DNA from: Phoronis australis
Taxonomy: Eukaryota; Animalia; Phoronida
Reading direction: 5' to 3'
Assembly (NCBI GenBank): GCA_002633005.1
Contig: NMRA01000510.1
Location: 241,436-305,435, forward strand
DNA length: 64,000 nt
Below the pieces are notes generated by a model, which was not told the origin of the DNA, ran no database searches, and worked only from the letters and a program-made list of their open reading frames with translations. Positions 12,915 to 24,700 of this stretch are shown one piece after another (positions within the stretch are counted from its first letter, which is position 1; every line of letters begins with the position of its first letter). A program made the translations under genes and the position numbers.

Positions 12915-13952
12915 ATTTTGAAGCAATTGGGCATCACAAACAGCATGCTTCTTGTGACATCTATTTGTATCATAAAAATGGCCACCAGATGGCGCAAAAC
13001 ATGTCAACTCCATCCGAAAACAGAAACATCTTTTCTTTAATAGAAAGTATTTACCAATTTCCATAAAAATCTGTCAAGAAACTATAGAGAAACAAAGGAA
13101 GACCGGAAAAAATGGAATGGCCACTAGGGGGCAATGCACCTGAAAGTTGTCAATATCTGTTCTCAACATGATATGAATATACTTGCTAAATTTAATTAAG
13201 ATCCTGCAGTAGGCTTAGGACATACAGCTATAGGCGCAAAAAAGCTAGGAGGCGCCACAGTAGTTAGTCGTCATCGTCAGCCATACTCTTCAAACTGAGA
13301 ACAGATATATCCATTTTCACAATAATCCATAGAATGGGTTAGTTGATAGAGGAGCAGATGCCAAAAAAACGATTAGAAAAAACATAAATGGCCACTAGGT
13401 GGCGCAAAATGTCTCAAATAAATCGGAAAATAGGGAGATAGCATCATGTCACCAATAAACTGCCACTAGGAGGTGCCACAGTAGCCAGATTAATCAGAAA
13501 ATCATCGTCAGGCTTTCTCTTCATAGTAAGAAAATACATGCATGCCAATTTTTACAATCATCTTAAAAAGCGGTTTGGTTGATAGAGAGGCGGATGCCAA
13601 AAAACAGTGAAAATGGTTATTAGGTGGCGCAAAATACCTTGACTCCTTCCGAAAACAGGAATATAGCATCATCCTACTAACAGGTGCCTATATGCCAAGT
13701 TTCACAAAAATCTGTAGACGACCTTTAAAGATACAGAGGTAAATGTAAAAAAATAATTGCCACTAGGGGGCACAATGGTTGTCAGATCCGTCCGAAATTC
13801 GTCCTCTTCTGTCGTCATCTTCATATGAACCCATCCGTCAAATTTGGTGAAGATACTTTGAGGGGTTCAGGAGATACAGCTGCGGACGCTGGACGCCCAG
13901 ACAGAGATGAAGGCAATTTGCACCCACATATAGGTATGTGGGCGCAAAGAAA
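12915..13952 (-). mobile_element. Helentron/HINE-like non-autonomous element with internal tandem modules
   Basis: Subterminal palindrome cccacata...tatgtggg (13923-13941), gcggacgc/ggacgccc tract, repeated (g)ccactagggggc / ccactaggtggcgc modules; reverse-complement relatives at 35.2, 35.5, 42.5, 44.2 and 54.3 kb. Confidence 0.65.
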
Positions 13953-14311
13953 TGCGACCTCTATGAGTATTTGAATCTGACTTCGAAAACAAAATAGCCA
14001 ACACGTCCGCCATCTTGAATTTGATCATGATGAATGACCTCAGGCTTCTAGCACTTCGGGGACTAGAAATTGTGGGTGAATCTTGTGCCAATTGGAACAA
14101 ATAGTGCAACGTGTATGTAGAGTGCAGACAAAAAAACTTGAAGTTTCAGTTGATGGCAGATACAATAATTTGCCATGTAATTAGGTAAATTAACCTAATC
14201 AAACAATGGGAGGGTTGTCAATGGCTGCTTTTAAATTAATGGACAGCTATATATAGTTACGACTTTCTGTCCACCAAATCCAAATTGCTTTCTTGGTTTC
14301 ATTTATAGACA

Positions 14312-16309
14312 CCGTATTAGCCCTAGTAAGTGCCTAGGGCGCTTAGAAAAATTTGTTTCAGGAGAGGGGGTGTGCTTATTGGAGCATAAGGCTGTTGAAA
14401 CACAGTGTTCTAAACAGGTGAGATCCGAAGCTAGGATTCATCAAATTTATCATGTCTGTAGTCTACGACAGATCGACTTTCCACAAAATTGTGGTACATT
14501 GCTATCAAACTTCATTAAATTACGATCCTTTTTCAGAAAATTGTGGGGATATCCCAGGGCGAAAACTTGCCGCCTCATGGTGAGATTCACTTCTGTTGAC
14601 AAGTACACTGTCTGTTCTGAAAAGCCAGACACATACCTCGTGAGATCTGCAAAATGTTTAAATTACCGTATTCGCCATAATAACAGCCCAGGGTGCTTAG
14701 AAAAGTTTGGTTCGGGGGGGGGGGGCTTATTATAACCCAAGGCGGTTGAAACCCGGTCTCCGAAACGAGTGAAATCAGAAGCTAAGATTGATCTCAAATT
14801 TACACTCTGTGACGTATATGTAATCTATGAAAGACTTTCATCAAAAATGTGTTGCATTGCTATCAAACTTTGCTGCCAAATTACGATCGTTTTGCAGAAA
14901 ATTGTGCTGAGATCCCAGGGCAAAAACTCGCTGACTGACTGCCTCGAAATCGCCGTCTTCGATATGGCGACTTCAATGCTTAAATAAAAATGGTTTCGAC
15001 TCGAGCAAATTACCTGAAATCCTCATTAAGTTTCATAAGTAGCATCTCTCAGATTTTTTTTAGTTTCCGTGGAGTCTGGATTAATGGCAGGTTTGTGTAC
15101 AAATCTGTGCAAGATCGTGCCATCTACATGTATGATCGGCAACACAGCGAGAAAAATGTTTGGACGAACACACATGTTGTTGTCACGTGACGTTTGTTTT
15201 GAAGTTTGTCTGCGAGTAAGCAAACGCGTGTGTCACTAGAGTTCATTTGCCAAAGCAGAGACCGTCTTTTGGCCAGAGCCATGCAATCTAACTAGCTAGA
15301 TGTGTCTAAAGAAATTTGCACAAGCAGTATAGGCCTAAACCAGAGCGTGTTTCATTCAGCACTTGCCGGTCTCCTGCTAAAAACTTTCGACATTTGTCTC
15401 GGTAAGGCCCATATTAGTCGCCGTGTAACTGGATGGGTTATTTTTCGGTGTAAGGGTGTGCAAGCATTCACTGTCAGTTGTCATTTTATCGGATATTCGG
15501 CTTAAAAACACCAATTATGGTTAATCAAACAATCCATCTCAAAAATAACGCAAACATGTTTTATAATATTAGAAATTGTCGGAAATTAGTGCCAATATTC
15601 ATTTCTTATCGATGCTATGCTACCCGTTTCATGAATGGATAGTTCCCGACTAATGTCTTTGATGACAGGTTAATGTATGTAGCGCGAGCTTCCTGGCCAC
15701 GTGCGTTTAACACCGAATTATTTTTATTCATGAGACAGTCGATGTGTCTACTGAAAGGTCAGTGGGACACGGTCGTCACGAGAGCGTAGAACGCTGTTGC
15801 GTTCTTTTTGAAGCGCTGCGTTACTTTGAAGTGTAAAGTCACGGCTAAATACAAACGTAGCAGTGCCACTGGTGGTCTAGAAGACCCGTGCAAAATTTTT
15901 TTTGATAAATTGAAGATGTTACTGTAACCGAGTTTTAGGACTGTAGGTACATCATTGTTCGCATGTACGCGTTCATGGACTGGGCGCTTATTTCAGCAAT
16001 GTCTGAAAACGCGTGGGGGGGCGCTTATAGGGGCATGGGCTGTTATTATGGCGAATATGGTAATTCTTTTTGAAGCACTGCAGAAGTTTGAAGTGTATAT
16101 TCACGGCTAACTTGAAATACCGACACAGCAGCGAGGCTTGTGGTCTAGAAATTTGGCGGACTGTCGGATATTATTGATAAGATTGAAGATGTTACTGCAG
16201 AATTTAAGAAATCTATGTAAGGGACACGTCCATGGGCTGGGCGCTTATTTTAACGAAATCTGAAAGCACTTAATGGGGCAATTTCGGGCGCTTATTAGGG
16301 CAAATACGG
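14312..16309. mobile_element. Tc1/mariner-like non-autonomous element (outer), CCGTA...TACGG ends
   Basis: ccgtattagccctagtaagtgcc vs gggcgcttattagggcaaatacgg|ta; interrupted by a related element. Confidence 0.7.
14666..16060. mobile_element. Tc1/mariner-like non-autonomous element (inner, nested), TA TSD
   Basis: ta|ccgtattcgccataataacagccca ... tgggctgttattatggcgaatatgg|ta. Confidence 0.85.
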
Positions 16310-17475
16310 TAGTTGTGAATTTTTGCCCACCAAATCTGAGTTGCTTTCTTGGTCTCATTTATACTTTAGACCATGCCATTATGAAAAGACCTCTATTGCA
16401 GGGATAAAAGTTAACATTGTCCATGACCCTGTTGCCTCTATCTTTTGTTCAGAGTCCTTCTAGTCAACAGAGCAGTGTTAGGACTGGGATATGATCTGTC
16501 CTATTCATTAAGTAGGTCAGGTATCCATTGTCAGCTATGGCAGCTGTTATACCAATTATCTACAATAAGAGATAACCAAAGACATTTATTGAATGAATTG
16601 TTCCCACAGTGGTTATGGTCTTTGTTTGGGCAAAGAGCAAACAAAAGGCCTGGTTGTTTGTTCTTGTAAATTATACAGTGGTACAATTAAATTCCAGGAT
16701 TTAACTGGAATTAAATGTGACCAGGTGATTTTTTTTTAGTTTGAGTTTCAGTTGCATAACCAAAGCAAACAGTGCAAAAAGTGATGGTGTGTGCGTGCGC
16801 GCATGTGTGAAGGCATTAATTTGTACAATTTGGTAATTAGGGCTAGCTAGGCTTCTGAGGAGGGTAAAGTGCAAATATTATTTGAAGATAGAAAACCTAT
16901 TTTGGAAATTTATTGTTTTGTCATAAATTCAATACCGCTGAGTTTAAAGTGCATTGAACTCACACAACCGGAATCACAAATATGTGGGCTTATTTTTGAC
17001 TCACGAGTGGTTATGTACATACAGTATGCAGTGGTGGATCTTGGATGTAGGAGAAAGAGGGTGAAACCACACATATCTGAAGCCAAAGGTCCACGTGCAT
17101 TCCAAGCGGTCTCTGAAGGGGGCCCATGCAATCATAAAGGAATAGGAGTGTAATGCCCAAAAAATCTGAGGCAATGAGACAAAAGACCCCAAACAAGCAC
17201 AAACTCGCAATTCACAGTGGTGTCCCGTTTTTTTTTGTTTTTTTTTAGTCCACCAAAAGATCCACAACGGCAAGAATTCGAGCCCCCCCTATATTGAAGG
17301 CTGGGTGCGCGCATGTACCCTACGGTTTAGTGACCACGCGCGTCAGTTCAATGCCGATGAGTCTCCTCTAACCGTCTGTACGATTCTGTCATCTACGCAA
17401 ACACCACTATGATTATGTGAAGCACCGTTTGAATCAGAGGCAAATTCAAAACGATAGTACTAGTAGGCGCAACAA

Positions 17476-17838
17476 TTTTTACTCTGCGCGTGTAAGCGCA
17501 GAGTACTGTTGTTCCTGGGTTTTCTTCAATTTTATTCTTATTCTTCTTATTCGTCTTCTTATTCTTCTTCCGTAAAACATCTGTGATTATTAGCATTAAC
17601 AACACTTTTAATCGAGTTAACAATTACTCCCTCATCGGGGCTCATAATGCACCGGAAGAGGTCAATTAGTGGAAAGGTCATCAAAAAATTAATATGTAAT
17701 TTCTCCTACAATTTTAACGAATTTCTTTTCATATTGGTAACTGAAACGGGTTGCTGTTAGTAACTTCCCATAATAATTCCAGTAATACGCACGCGCAGAG
17801 TCCGTTATTGTCACGCCGTGACAATAATCTTTCTAGTT
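17476..17838 (+). mobile_element. Short Helentron/HINE-like element with (ATTCTT)n tract
   Basis: tttttactctgcgcgtg..cgcagagta head, TTCTT microsatellite, sub-TIR cacgcgcagagt, 3' palindrome ttattgtcacgccgtgacaataa then ctagtt. Confidence 0.65.
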
Positions 17839-18167
17839 TTGTTGTTGTTGTTGTCCATCTATATCATATATCTTATCTTATGGGATAGACTACGGCTGGA
17901 CCCCAAGTTTTTCGCGGGGGCCGGGGAGTGTTCGATCGATTAATTGAATAATATCCCTTATCGTGTCCGGCATTGGTTTTACGGAATTGAGGATTTAAGA
18001 TAGTGAAGTCGCCTCCCTTTCCGCCCGCGCACTGAACCGAGCTCCTAAAATCTGAAATCGTAGATCGGTGTGTGGCGGCGAAACCAAAAAAGGAGACTTG
18101 GCTAAATGAGACCTAAAAACATCATCGAGCTAAAATATGAGATCAAATTCATTTTCACATTCTATCA

Positions 18168-18449
18168 CATGGGCGGCGCACTTTTTTCATTGCTACGCCG
18201 CACTTAGGCGGTGCACCACAATGGAGGATTTATAGGGGGGCCAAGGGGGCCCATCCATGGCCCTCCCGGCCTAAAATTCTCCCAGATTCCATTTGGCAAT
18301 ACGGGGGTGCGAATATCTGTCGGGCAAAATCCTGGCTAATACTCTATCATGGCCCCCCTCTAACTGAAAATCATGGATTCGCCCCAGCACCACAGGGGGG
18401 GCTGAAGGGCTTTAGCCCCCACCTTTTTCAGTGCAGCGCCGCGCCCATG
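18168..18449. mobile_element. CATGGGCG-TIR MITE containing a nested MITE (18219-18387)
   Basis: Outer flanks tatca/tatga; inner element matches 10893-11047 and is flanked by a perfect CACCA duplication. Confidence 0.8.
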
Positions 18450-18654
18450 TATGAAAAGAATACATCGCGATCACAAAAACCCAAAAGCTAATGCTGCTGT
18501 ACTAATCACTCTGCCGATTTCTGTTCCCTCGGAACCATGTGAATGGATGCTTTATTTCTTATGACGTATCTAACAGGTGCACGTGTAGTTAGATAGCGCG
18601 CGTGAATCTTTTTGTGTTTGGCCAGCTCTCGGTAGCGCTCGGATATTTCCGACG

Positions 18655-18772
18655 CAATTCAAACGCAAATTAGAAATGTTGACCAATCAAAACACTGGAC
18701 TCATTTTGGCGCTTCATAAATGATCCAATCACGGTTGTTCTTCAAGGCCTCGTGGTTTGGCCAATATGGCGG
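18655..18772 (+). promoter_or_regulatory. PPP4R1 core promoter region
   Basis: CCAAT boxes at 18683 and 18725, E2F-like TTTTGGCGC at 18704-18712, YY1-like AATATGGCGG over the ATG; CpG-richer context. Confidence 0.5.
18766..18772 (+). CDS. PPP4R1: PPP4R1 exon 1 coding part
   Basis: ATG GCG G|gtaagc; gives MAD start. Confidence 0.85.
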
Positions 18773-21700
18773 GTAAGCACTTGGCACATTTTCACAGTTT
18801 CTCTGTTTTCTTGGTGTCTTTGTGTTGCAGCTAATTCTTTTGTTCGTTATTTTAGATATACAGTTTTATCAAGACGACAGCGAGGAAGGCTTGGAGGAAG
18901 GTAAGTGTGCAACTGAGTCTATTTAAAATATCAACGTTACTTGCTAATCTGTAACTGATTTCTAGTTAGACTTCCACTGTAGAAACACGCTTGTTTGCTT
19001 ACTTTGTTTTTGTGTGCAGTGGCGTCATTTTGAATGAAATAAAAAAATTGACTGTGCGAATGATGTTAGGTGCAGCGTTATACCTAATAGGGTCCTAGAG
19101 TTGTCATTTTAAACTCGCGTGTATGTTTGACCTCGATTGGGGTACAAAATGGGGTCAAAATTCTTAAAATTAACTCCGTAATATTAGATATCCGGTCAGA
19201 TTTGGATAAAGAGGTCATGTGACCTATATCTTTCTTCTTCAAAATTGTGATTTTGTGGCCAATAGAACTGTTTTTCTGACTAAGATATAACCAGATATTT
19301 CTGCCTCATTCTACTGTTCACAAAACGTGATTAAGAATTCTCTGTAATTAAGATTTAGTATCTATTGCCTGCATTGTCATTGTTCTTGAACTTGAACTCG
19401 GTGGATGAAGAAGCTGATTCACCCTACATTAGTCATTTTTAGGTTCCACACTGTACAGCTATTGGGAATGTGTTTCATAAATCTAGTAGGATTAACAAGT
19501 TTATGTTTTAGTAACAATTTGGACTTTCAAAGTTATTTTTAGGACATATTTATTCATATGCCATGGCTCTGATGAAAGGTTCTTGTCAGTTAACAAAGCC
19601 TTTGTTCCACCAACCTGCCGTGGATCATGACCTACAAAACAAGACATAAATTTGAAATATGTAAGGGTTGATATATTTTTACAGTTAAGTTCCACAATTT
19701 CAGGGTTTACTTGTCAGATATAGTAATATTAGTTTGATTGAGGAAAATTGCAGAATTGTTAAATATGTGTACCACTGATAAAACCTATTTGATATTCGTA
19801 GTGGGTGTGGGGGAATTGGGCTTGGAATAATCCATTAGTTTATGGTGTTTTATCACGAGGATAGCTTAGGCAGCAGACTTGCCTTAATATTTGTGGTTGA
19901 TTCTGGGTTCTTTGTTTGGCTATGTGCTTACAAGCCATCTTGATAAAATGTACTTGATGGACAGCATGGTTGAAAGTAGAAACCAGCCATGCTGTTCCCT
20001 TTGATAATTGACAGACATTAGGAACAGAAAGAACATTGATTTTTTCCAAATATTCTGTGTTGGTATTGTAAAAATGTTCTACAGATTTCAATGTTAGTTG
20101 ACTTTAGTACTTGTTTTTTTATTCTTGATTTGGATGAAACATGAACCTTTTACAAAGTTTGTTTATATGCGTAAAGTGTAACTTCAAGTCTATTAATGTT
20201 TGAAATGATAGTGAGTGTTATGTTGTCTTGTTGATAGGCTGTGAGTCACTTCATCCTACTAGTACTAACCTGTATTAACACTGGCATGACATTTGTGGTC
20301 TCTGGCATTAGTCACTCAGTGAGGTACAAATGAAACAACAATTTGACTCACAAAGACTGAGTCACAATTCAATACTCAGCGCTAAGTACTTTTAAATCAC
20401 TACATTTATCTTAAATTTGCATTTTAGCACTACCTATTCAACTTTATTTGTAATTTTTTACATAAAAGACCACAATACCAACTCTCACTAAATGTTCTCA
20501 GCAGTAAGTCTACCGCTTCTAATGTTGTATTTATGCCCATCACATAGTTCAGCCTTCTCGAATAATCAATGCTTATTAATGCTAATATATTTGCCAGTGT
20601 AGATCGGACTTAATCATTCAGCTCTTGTTGGAAGGTTTCCAACAATGTGGGAGCTTTGTTTATGTCATGTGAATATGTGGATGGGTAGGTTAGCACTTAA
20701 ACAAAGCATGCTCATTCATAATTGTTTGGCTGGCTTTACTTGCATTTATATGCAGGAACTCATCTAGAGTGCCCTCCTCACACAGATTTAACATAGAACA
20801 AGTTACTACTGGAACAAGGGTTTAGAGGCTATGTGTACCCTATTTAAACTAGAGCTAGGGTAACTTGTTCCAGGGTAACTTGGGCCACACGGAAGTAATT
20901 ATCAGCTGCTGTTGCATGCAGACGGATTTTCTTTTGCGCGCCGGATTTTCTTTTGCGCGCCGGATTTTCTTTTGCGCGCCGTACTCACATTAGGTGTTTA
21001 TTGTCACTCACGGATCACTGATTTTCACCTTAACCTAGTTATCAGATGTGTGTGTGCGTGTGTGTGGACTGGACTTAGTAATTCAAAAAGGGGGTCCAAA
21101 TCTAAGACCTTGCATGAAGTGCGCAGTATGACATTGATTAAAGAGGCGGTGAATGCAAACGACAAACTAAGTAGCATTATTCAGAGCGTATGCTAATGAG
21201 ACAGAATTCAACTTTTTCACCAGGTATTTTTCCATTTTTTTTTTTATTGAATTTCTGTTGATGTCGGTATTTTTTGGTTTCATAAAAACGATCTGTCGAG
21301 TGCTTTTCATTTCATCGATTTTTCTCCCGCAAGGCAAAGCACGTTTCCTTATTCGGTATGGCAAGACAGAGACGTAGTATATCATCCTTTTATAGAAAAT
21401 GTAACCTTTGACCTTTGATGTAAAAAACATTGGCGACCAGGCCTTCATGCAGCGTATGTCCTGGGCGTCTAAATGGGCGCCCTAGCACTAATATGGAAGC
21501 TCTGGCAAGGACGCCCAATGTATCATTTGGACGCCCACTGTCAATAGGAACCTTTCAAGTTTGGACACACACATTGTAATGATTACTAGGAAGCCTCTGA
21601 AGGCTCAGTGGGGGTTCTTTTTTTCAAAGCAGGAAGAAATATACAATGTATATACAAAGAATATACAAGGTTGCTATGCTCACACTTGGTTGATAGCATT

Positions 21701-24700
21701 GTAAAAGTCTTGGTCTACACCAATTTTTTATTGGAAATGCTCACTACAGAAGGCTGTTTTGTAAACTTAGATGTAAAAACCTTGGTCTATGCATTTTTTG
21801 AAAAAAAATCTGTGTGTTTGGGGGGGGTTGCTGGGGGTGGGGGGGTTACGCGTCAGAATTATGGACGCCCTGGAATATTGGGAACCCCTTTTTGGACACC
21901 CTATTTACAAAATCCTGGATAAAGGTCTGTTGGCGACTTCAAGCAGCAGCCAGTCCGATTGAGAAGCAATTGATGTAAGTGCTGTTTGAATTTAATTATA
22001 AAGTTATCATAGTATTCAAATATATTCTAAGATGCACTTCGATTTTTTTTTGGGAAATAGCTTCCTTCACTGGCTTGCCTCATACTGTGCTGTCAACCTC
22101 ATATTCGGAATGCAATCACACATCATAGTCGCCCGTTAATGTCCATCTTGTCAGTCACTTGTTTGTTGAATGACTGAACGTATGCGCGCATTTATCTAAG
22201 TGGGAGGGAGATTAGAAACTGTGGTGACCACAGAGTTTTCCTTATGGCATATTTCAAAACTCGTGAATTTGGTGATTTTTTCTGGAATATTCCCTCACAG
22301 GTGAAAGTGAACAACTTTGAAATAGATGTGAGGTGGTACTTTCGTCAGATATTTTTTAACGAACTTTCGCGTTCCGTGCCTCTTTAAGGCGAGAATGGGG
22401 GAGGTAAACGATGAGTGCTGCTCTCCCCACCTGAGAAAGTAAGTTACATGAAACAAAGGCAACTTTCCTTGCATATTAATTTTAATTGTTGAAAGTGCTC
22501 TAGAAAGGGACACTTGGTGACATTGACAGTTAAACAGTTATGGCGATGGATATGATTATCAAAATGTTGAGGTAAATTGTGATATGGCTCCACGCTAGCT
22601 TGACTCGCCAAATTTGCCACCAAAAATTAAATCAGGGCAATTCTATCTGTGATGGACGTAAAGTGAAAGAACTAGGAAAATAATTAATACATCAATTGAT
22701 AGGTATCATTGATGGCTTTCAAGATGTGTATCAACTTACTCCTATCTTTTTATCTGATTGAGAAAATTGCCTTCAAAGGGGTGTCACGGATGTACACAGG
22801 GAATTGGAATTTTTAAAACAGAATTTTTAGCATTAATTTTATGTGAATTGCATTTAGTTACAATTTTCGTTTTATATGATGATTTAGTATGGTGGTTGCA
22901 AAGTACAACACAGTAATTTTTTTATATCTTCTAAAAAAATTTCTCAGCTCGATGTAAGTTGTGTTAGTGTGACGGACATTCACTCTGAATTTCTAGTATT
23001 AAATTTTTTTGTTGGGACTAAGATATTAATTAAGAATAATACAAACTTTTACTGTATTTAAGCTATATTGGTCTTTTGCTGCTGACTCATTTTTTTAATC
23101 AAAGTGCACCAATTGACCTTTTGCACAAAATCAACAGGTAGGCCTATGCTGGGCATTATCAACAAAGCGACCTTTGCTGAACTGACAGCATGTTCAACCA
23201 CCTCTTTTGTAATAAGTGAAGATTTAAAGGCGAAGGCAACCTTTTTTCATGTCATTTTTAGCAAAAATAAGGTTCGTTGGTTACCCCAGACATATTTTCA
23301 ACTTAATTACAGCACTTCGTAATTTAATTAAATATTCGTTCTCTACTCCGGAAGTGACGTTTTGGAAGGCAAGCATTTTGCGTCAAATTCTTTTCATATA
23401 GTCTGACTATGAGAGCTGTCGAGTCAGTCATTGATCCACCGCGGTTGTGATAAGTTCGGTCGTCATTTGCTTTTGTTTACGAGTCAGTCAACATGCCACA
23501 CTGTTGCTGTGTACCGGGATGTACTCATTATGGTCCAAAGCCTGTAAGCAGCCCTGCTGGGATGTTGAGTAGTGGGAGTGAATACAGGTTCAGTCAGTGA
23601 AGAGTACAGTTCGTCGTTCAATGAACAGATCTGTGAGCCAAACATTGATAAGTTTGTTGTGGACTTGTTTGAAGTATTGGAGCTATTTAGAAGGTGCCAG
23701 GTGTCTGGCGAGGGAGTCACACGGGGTGTAAGCAGTTTGTGTGGAGCTATTTAGAAGGTGCCAGGTGTCTGGCGAGGGAGTCGCACGGTGGGGTGTAAGC
23801 AGTTTGTGTGCTCAGGTCACTATCCAGTGGGAGTGTGTCGCAGTACACTCGGGCAAATGAGACAGTTGTTCCTCTGTCCATGAGACAATAATGAGTACAT
23901 CCCGTTACGCAGCAACAGCGTGGCATGTTGGCTGACTCGTAAACAATAGCAAACGAAGACCGAACTTATAACAACCGAGATAGAACAATTACTGACTAAG
24001 CAGCTCTCACAGTCGGACTATATGAAAAGAAATTGGCGCGATATGCTTGCCTCCCAAAACGTCACTTCCGGAATAGAGAACGAATAATTAAATTACGAAA
24101 AGCTGTAATTAAGTGGAAAATACGTCTGGGATAACCAACGAACCTTATTTTTGCTAAAAAAGACATGAAAAGAGGTTGCCTTCGCCATTAACTTCAATAC
24201 ATTTTGCTACATGTTGCTATGAAAAAAAATTTCTTTGAAAGTCAGTTGTTCTTCAAGGTTTGATTATTTGTCGCAGTAGGTTACTTGTTTTTCTACAGTT
24301 TATGACTCATGGTGATTTCGACATCCTCCTGCTCAGTAATTGCTCAAAACGAGAAGCCAGTACTGGTTCCTAACTCAAAATACCGTATTCGCCGTAATAA
24401 CCGCCCATGCCCCTATAAGCGCCCCCCCACGCGTTTTCAGACTTCGTTAAAATAAGCGCCAAGTCCATGAACGTGTGTGTGCAAAAAATGCCTTACCTAC
24501 AGTCCTAAAATTCTACAGTAACGTCTTCAATTTATCAATAATACCCGACAGTCCTGAAAAAAATCATTGTGTGCAGAATTTGTAGACCACAAGCCTTCCG
24601 CTATGTCCGTATTTAGCCGTAACTGTACACTTCGAACTTCTGCCATGCCTCACAACGAACGCAAAAGTTCTGCTGATATTGCGAGGACCAATGGTCTGGC

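Noticed and set aside
15078-15130. GLMAGLC frame as a candidate next ACSF2 exon (expected GIMAGSP-like)
   Set aside because: Lies inside the Tc1/mariner-like element, lacks a suitable acceptor and any continuing similarity
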